In this document: positions 63,356-64,000 of the stretch, piece by piece | How the letters are laid out: each line of letters starts with the position of its first letter | Position numbering within the stretch: the first letter of the stretch is position 1 | Virus record (IMG/VR): IMGVR_UViG_3300032116_015700 | Span: 27,094 to 91,093 of that record | Reading direction: 5' to 3' (one strand) | Source of the DNA: a virus | Length of the DNA stretch: 64,000 nt | The notes under the pieces: model-generated | What the model saw: the letters and a program-made list of their open reading frames with translations, nothing else | Databases searched by the model: none | Told to the model about the DNA's origin: nothing | Translations under genes and position numbers: made by a program

Positions 63356-64000
63356 TATAAAAACTTTTCCAATTCTTTAATAACCATTTCGGATGTTATT
63401 GATTTAGTACATTCAAATTGTCTTTCAGTACCTTTGTGGTCTGGACACCAATTCCAATCGCCTGGATCAAGTCTTAAACGATTAAAACACCCCTCACATT
63501 TTCCTTGCGGTGCTCCTATACGAATACAATCTTCCATCTCTGCCCACTTATAAGAAAATCCACTTATTAATACAGTTGGTACATCCAATGCCCAGCTTAA
63601 CCAACTTAATCCACTACCTATTCCAATAAATGCCTTTGATTTCAACATTTCATCCATAACTAATTCAATTGGACCATTTGGATGCCTAACTATACCGGAA
63701 GGTAATTGATTTCCCATATAGTTCTCACCTTCTTTTGAAAGTAGTTTTACAATGTAACCTCTATTATTTAACCAGTCTACAATATCCTGCCATCCTGTTG
63801 GGTTATTCCAAAATTTTGATTGTGCAGTTCCATGTATTCCAATACAAACCTGCTTTAAACCTGATTCTTTGTGGGGATTTCTATCTTTTAATCTTGGTTT
63901 TATTTCTCTAAAGTTTAAACCCAATATATCCGAACACATTTTTTGCATCGTTTGTTGTTTCGGGTCAATTGGATTTTTATAAACGTTTATTGAACTATCT
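63355..64000 (-). CDS. TibC/AAH (BAHT)-family protein O-heptosyltransferase, C-terminal part (5' end outside the window)
   Basis: Frame is open to the edge. VCIGIHGTAQSKFWNNPTGW, FIGIGSGLSWLSWA-x-x-x-PTVLISGFS, and the four-Cys motif CEGC...WCP...QFECT match TibC/AAH as I recall them. Confidence 0.85.
   Translation of the reverse strand, partial: DSSINVYKNPIDPKQQTMQKMCSDILGLNFREIKPRLKDRNPHKESGLKQVCIGIHGTAQSKFWNNPTGWQDIVDWLNNRGYIVKLLSKEGENYMGNQLPSGIVRHPNGPIELVMDEMLKSKAFIGIGSGLSWLSWALDVPTVLISGFSYKWAEMEDCIRIGAPQGKCEGCFNRLRLDPGDWNWCPDHKGTERQFECTKSITSEMVIKELEKFL

Noticed and set aside
129-63553. Numerous short plus-strand ORFs of 60-180 aa
   Set aside because: Antisense to well-supported genes, with no recognisable motifs
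1-64000. Stop-codon recoding, tRNA genes or rRNA genes
   Set aside because: Standard-code ORFs tile the minus strand densely; intergenic gaps are short and AT-rich with no cloverleaf recognised
63355-64000. Ordinary LPS heptosyltransferase (WaaC/WaaF) as an auxiliary gene
   Set aside because: The KFWNN-x-x-GW and LSWLSW...LISGFS motifs and the spacing of the four-Cys motif fit the protein-modifying TibC/AAH family better; modification of a host protein is still not excluded

Overview
The window is the virion-morphogenesis region of a large, AT-rich, T4-like myophage. All supported genes are on the minus strand. A perfect TTTG-N20-TAnnTTTG promoter suggests a Bacteroidota host. In transcription order (right to left): a TibC/AAH (BAHT)-family protein O-heptosyltransferase truncated by the edge; split HldE-type ADP-heptose enzymes; a 938-aa multidomain nucleotidyltransferase; TerL; portal; probable internal head proteins; prohead protease; an inserted DNA methyltransferase; scaffold; major capsid; gp13/14/15-like neck genes; ~36 kb of appendage genes (4363, 3513 and 2872 aa plus adaptors and chaperones); sheath; tube; a tail-assembly chaperone with a likely frameshifted extension; and the start of a probable tape measure. 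Two candidate novel systems stand out. (1) A phage-encoded protein heptosylation pathway lies next to virion proteins rich in [S/T]-[G/A/S]-S motifs and >1500 residues of nearly proline-free Gly-X-Y (GSS/GTS) repeats, suggesting a glycan-coated virion. (2) The 4363-aa protein has two half-repeat types (23 + 23 by hand count) ordered like balanced brackets, predicting a single-chain branched tree. All assignments come from motif recognition by eye; no searches were run.
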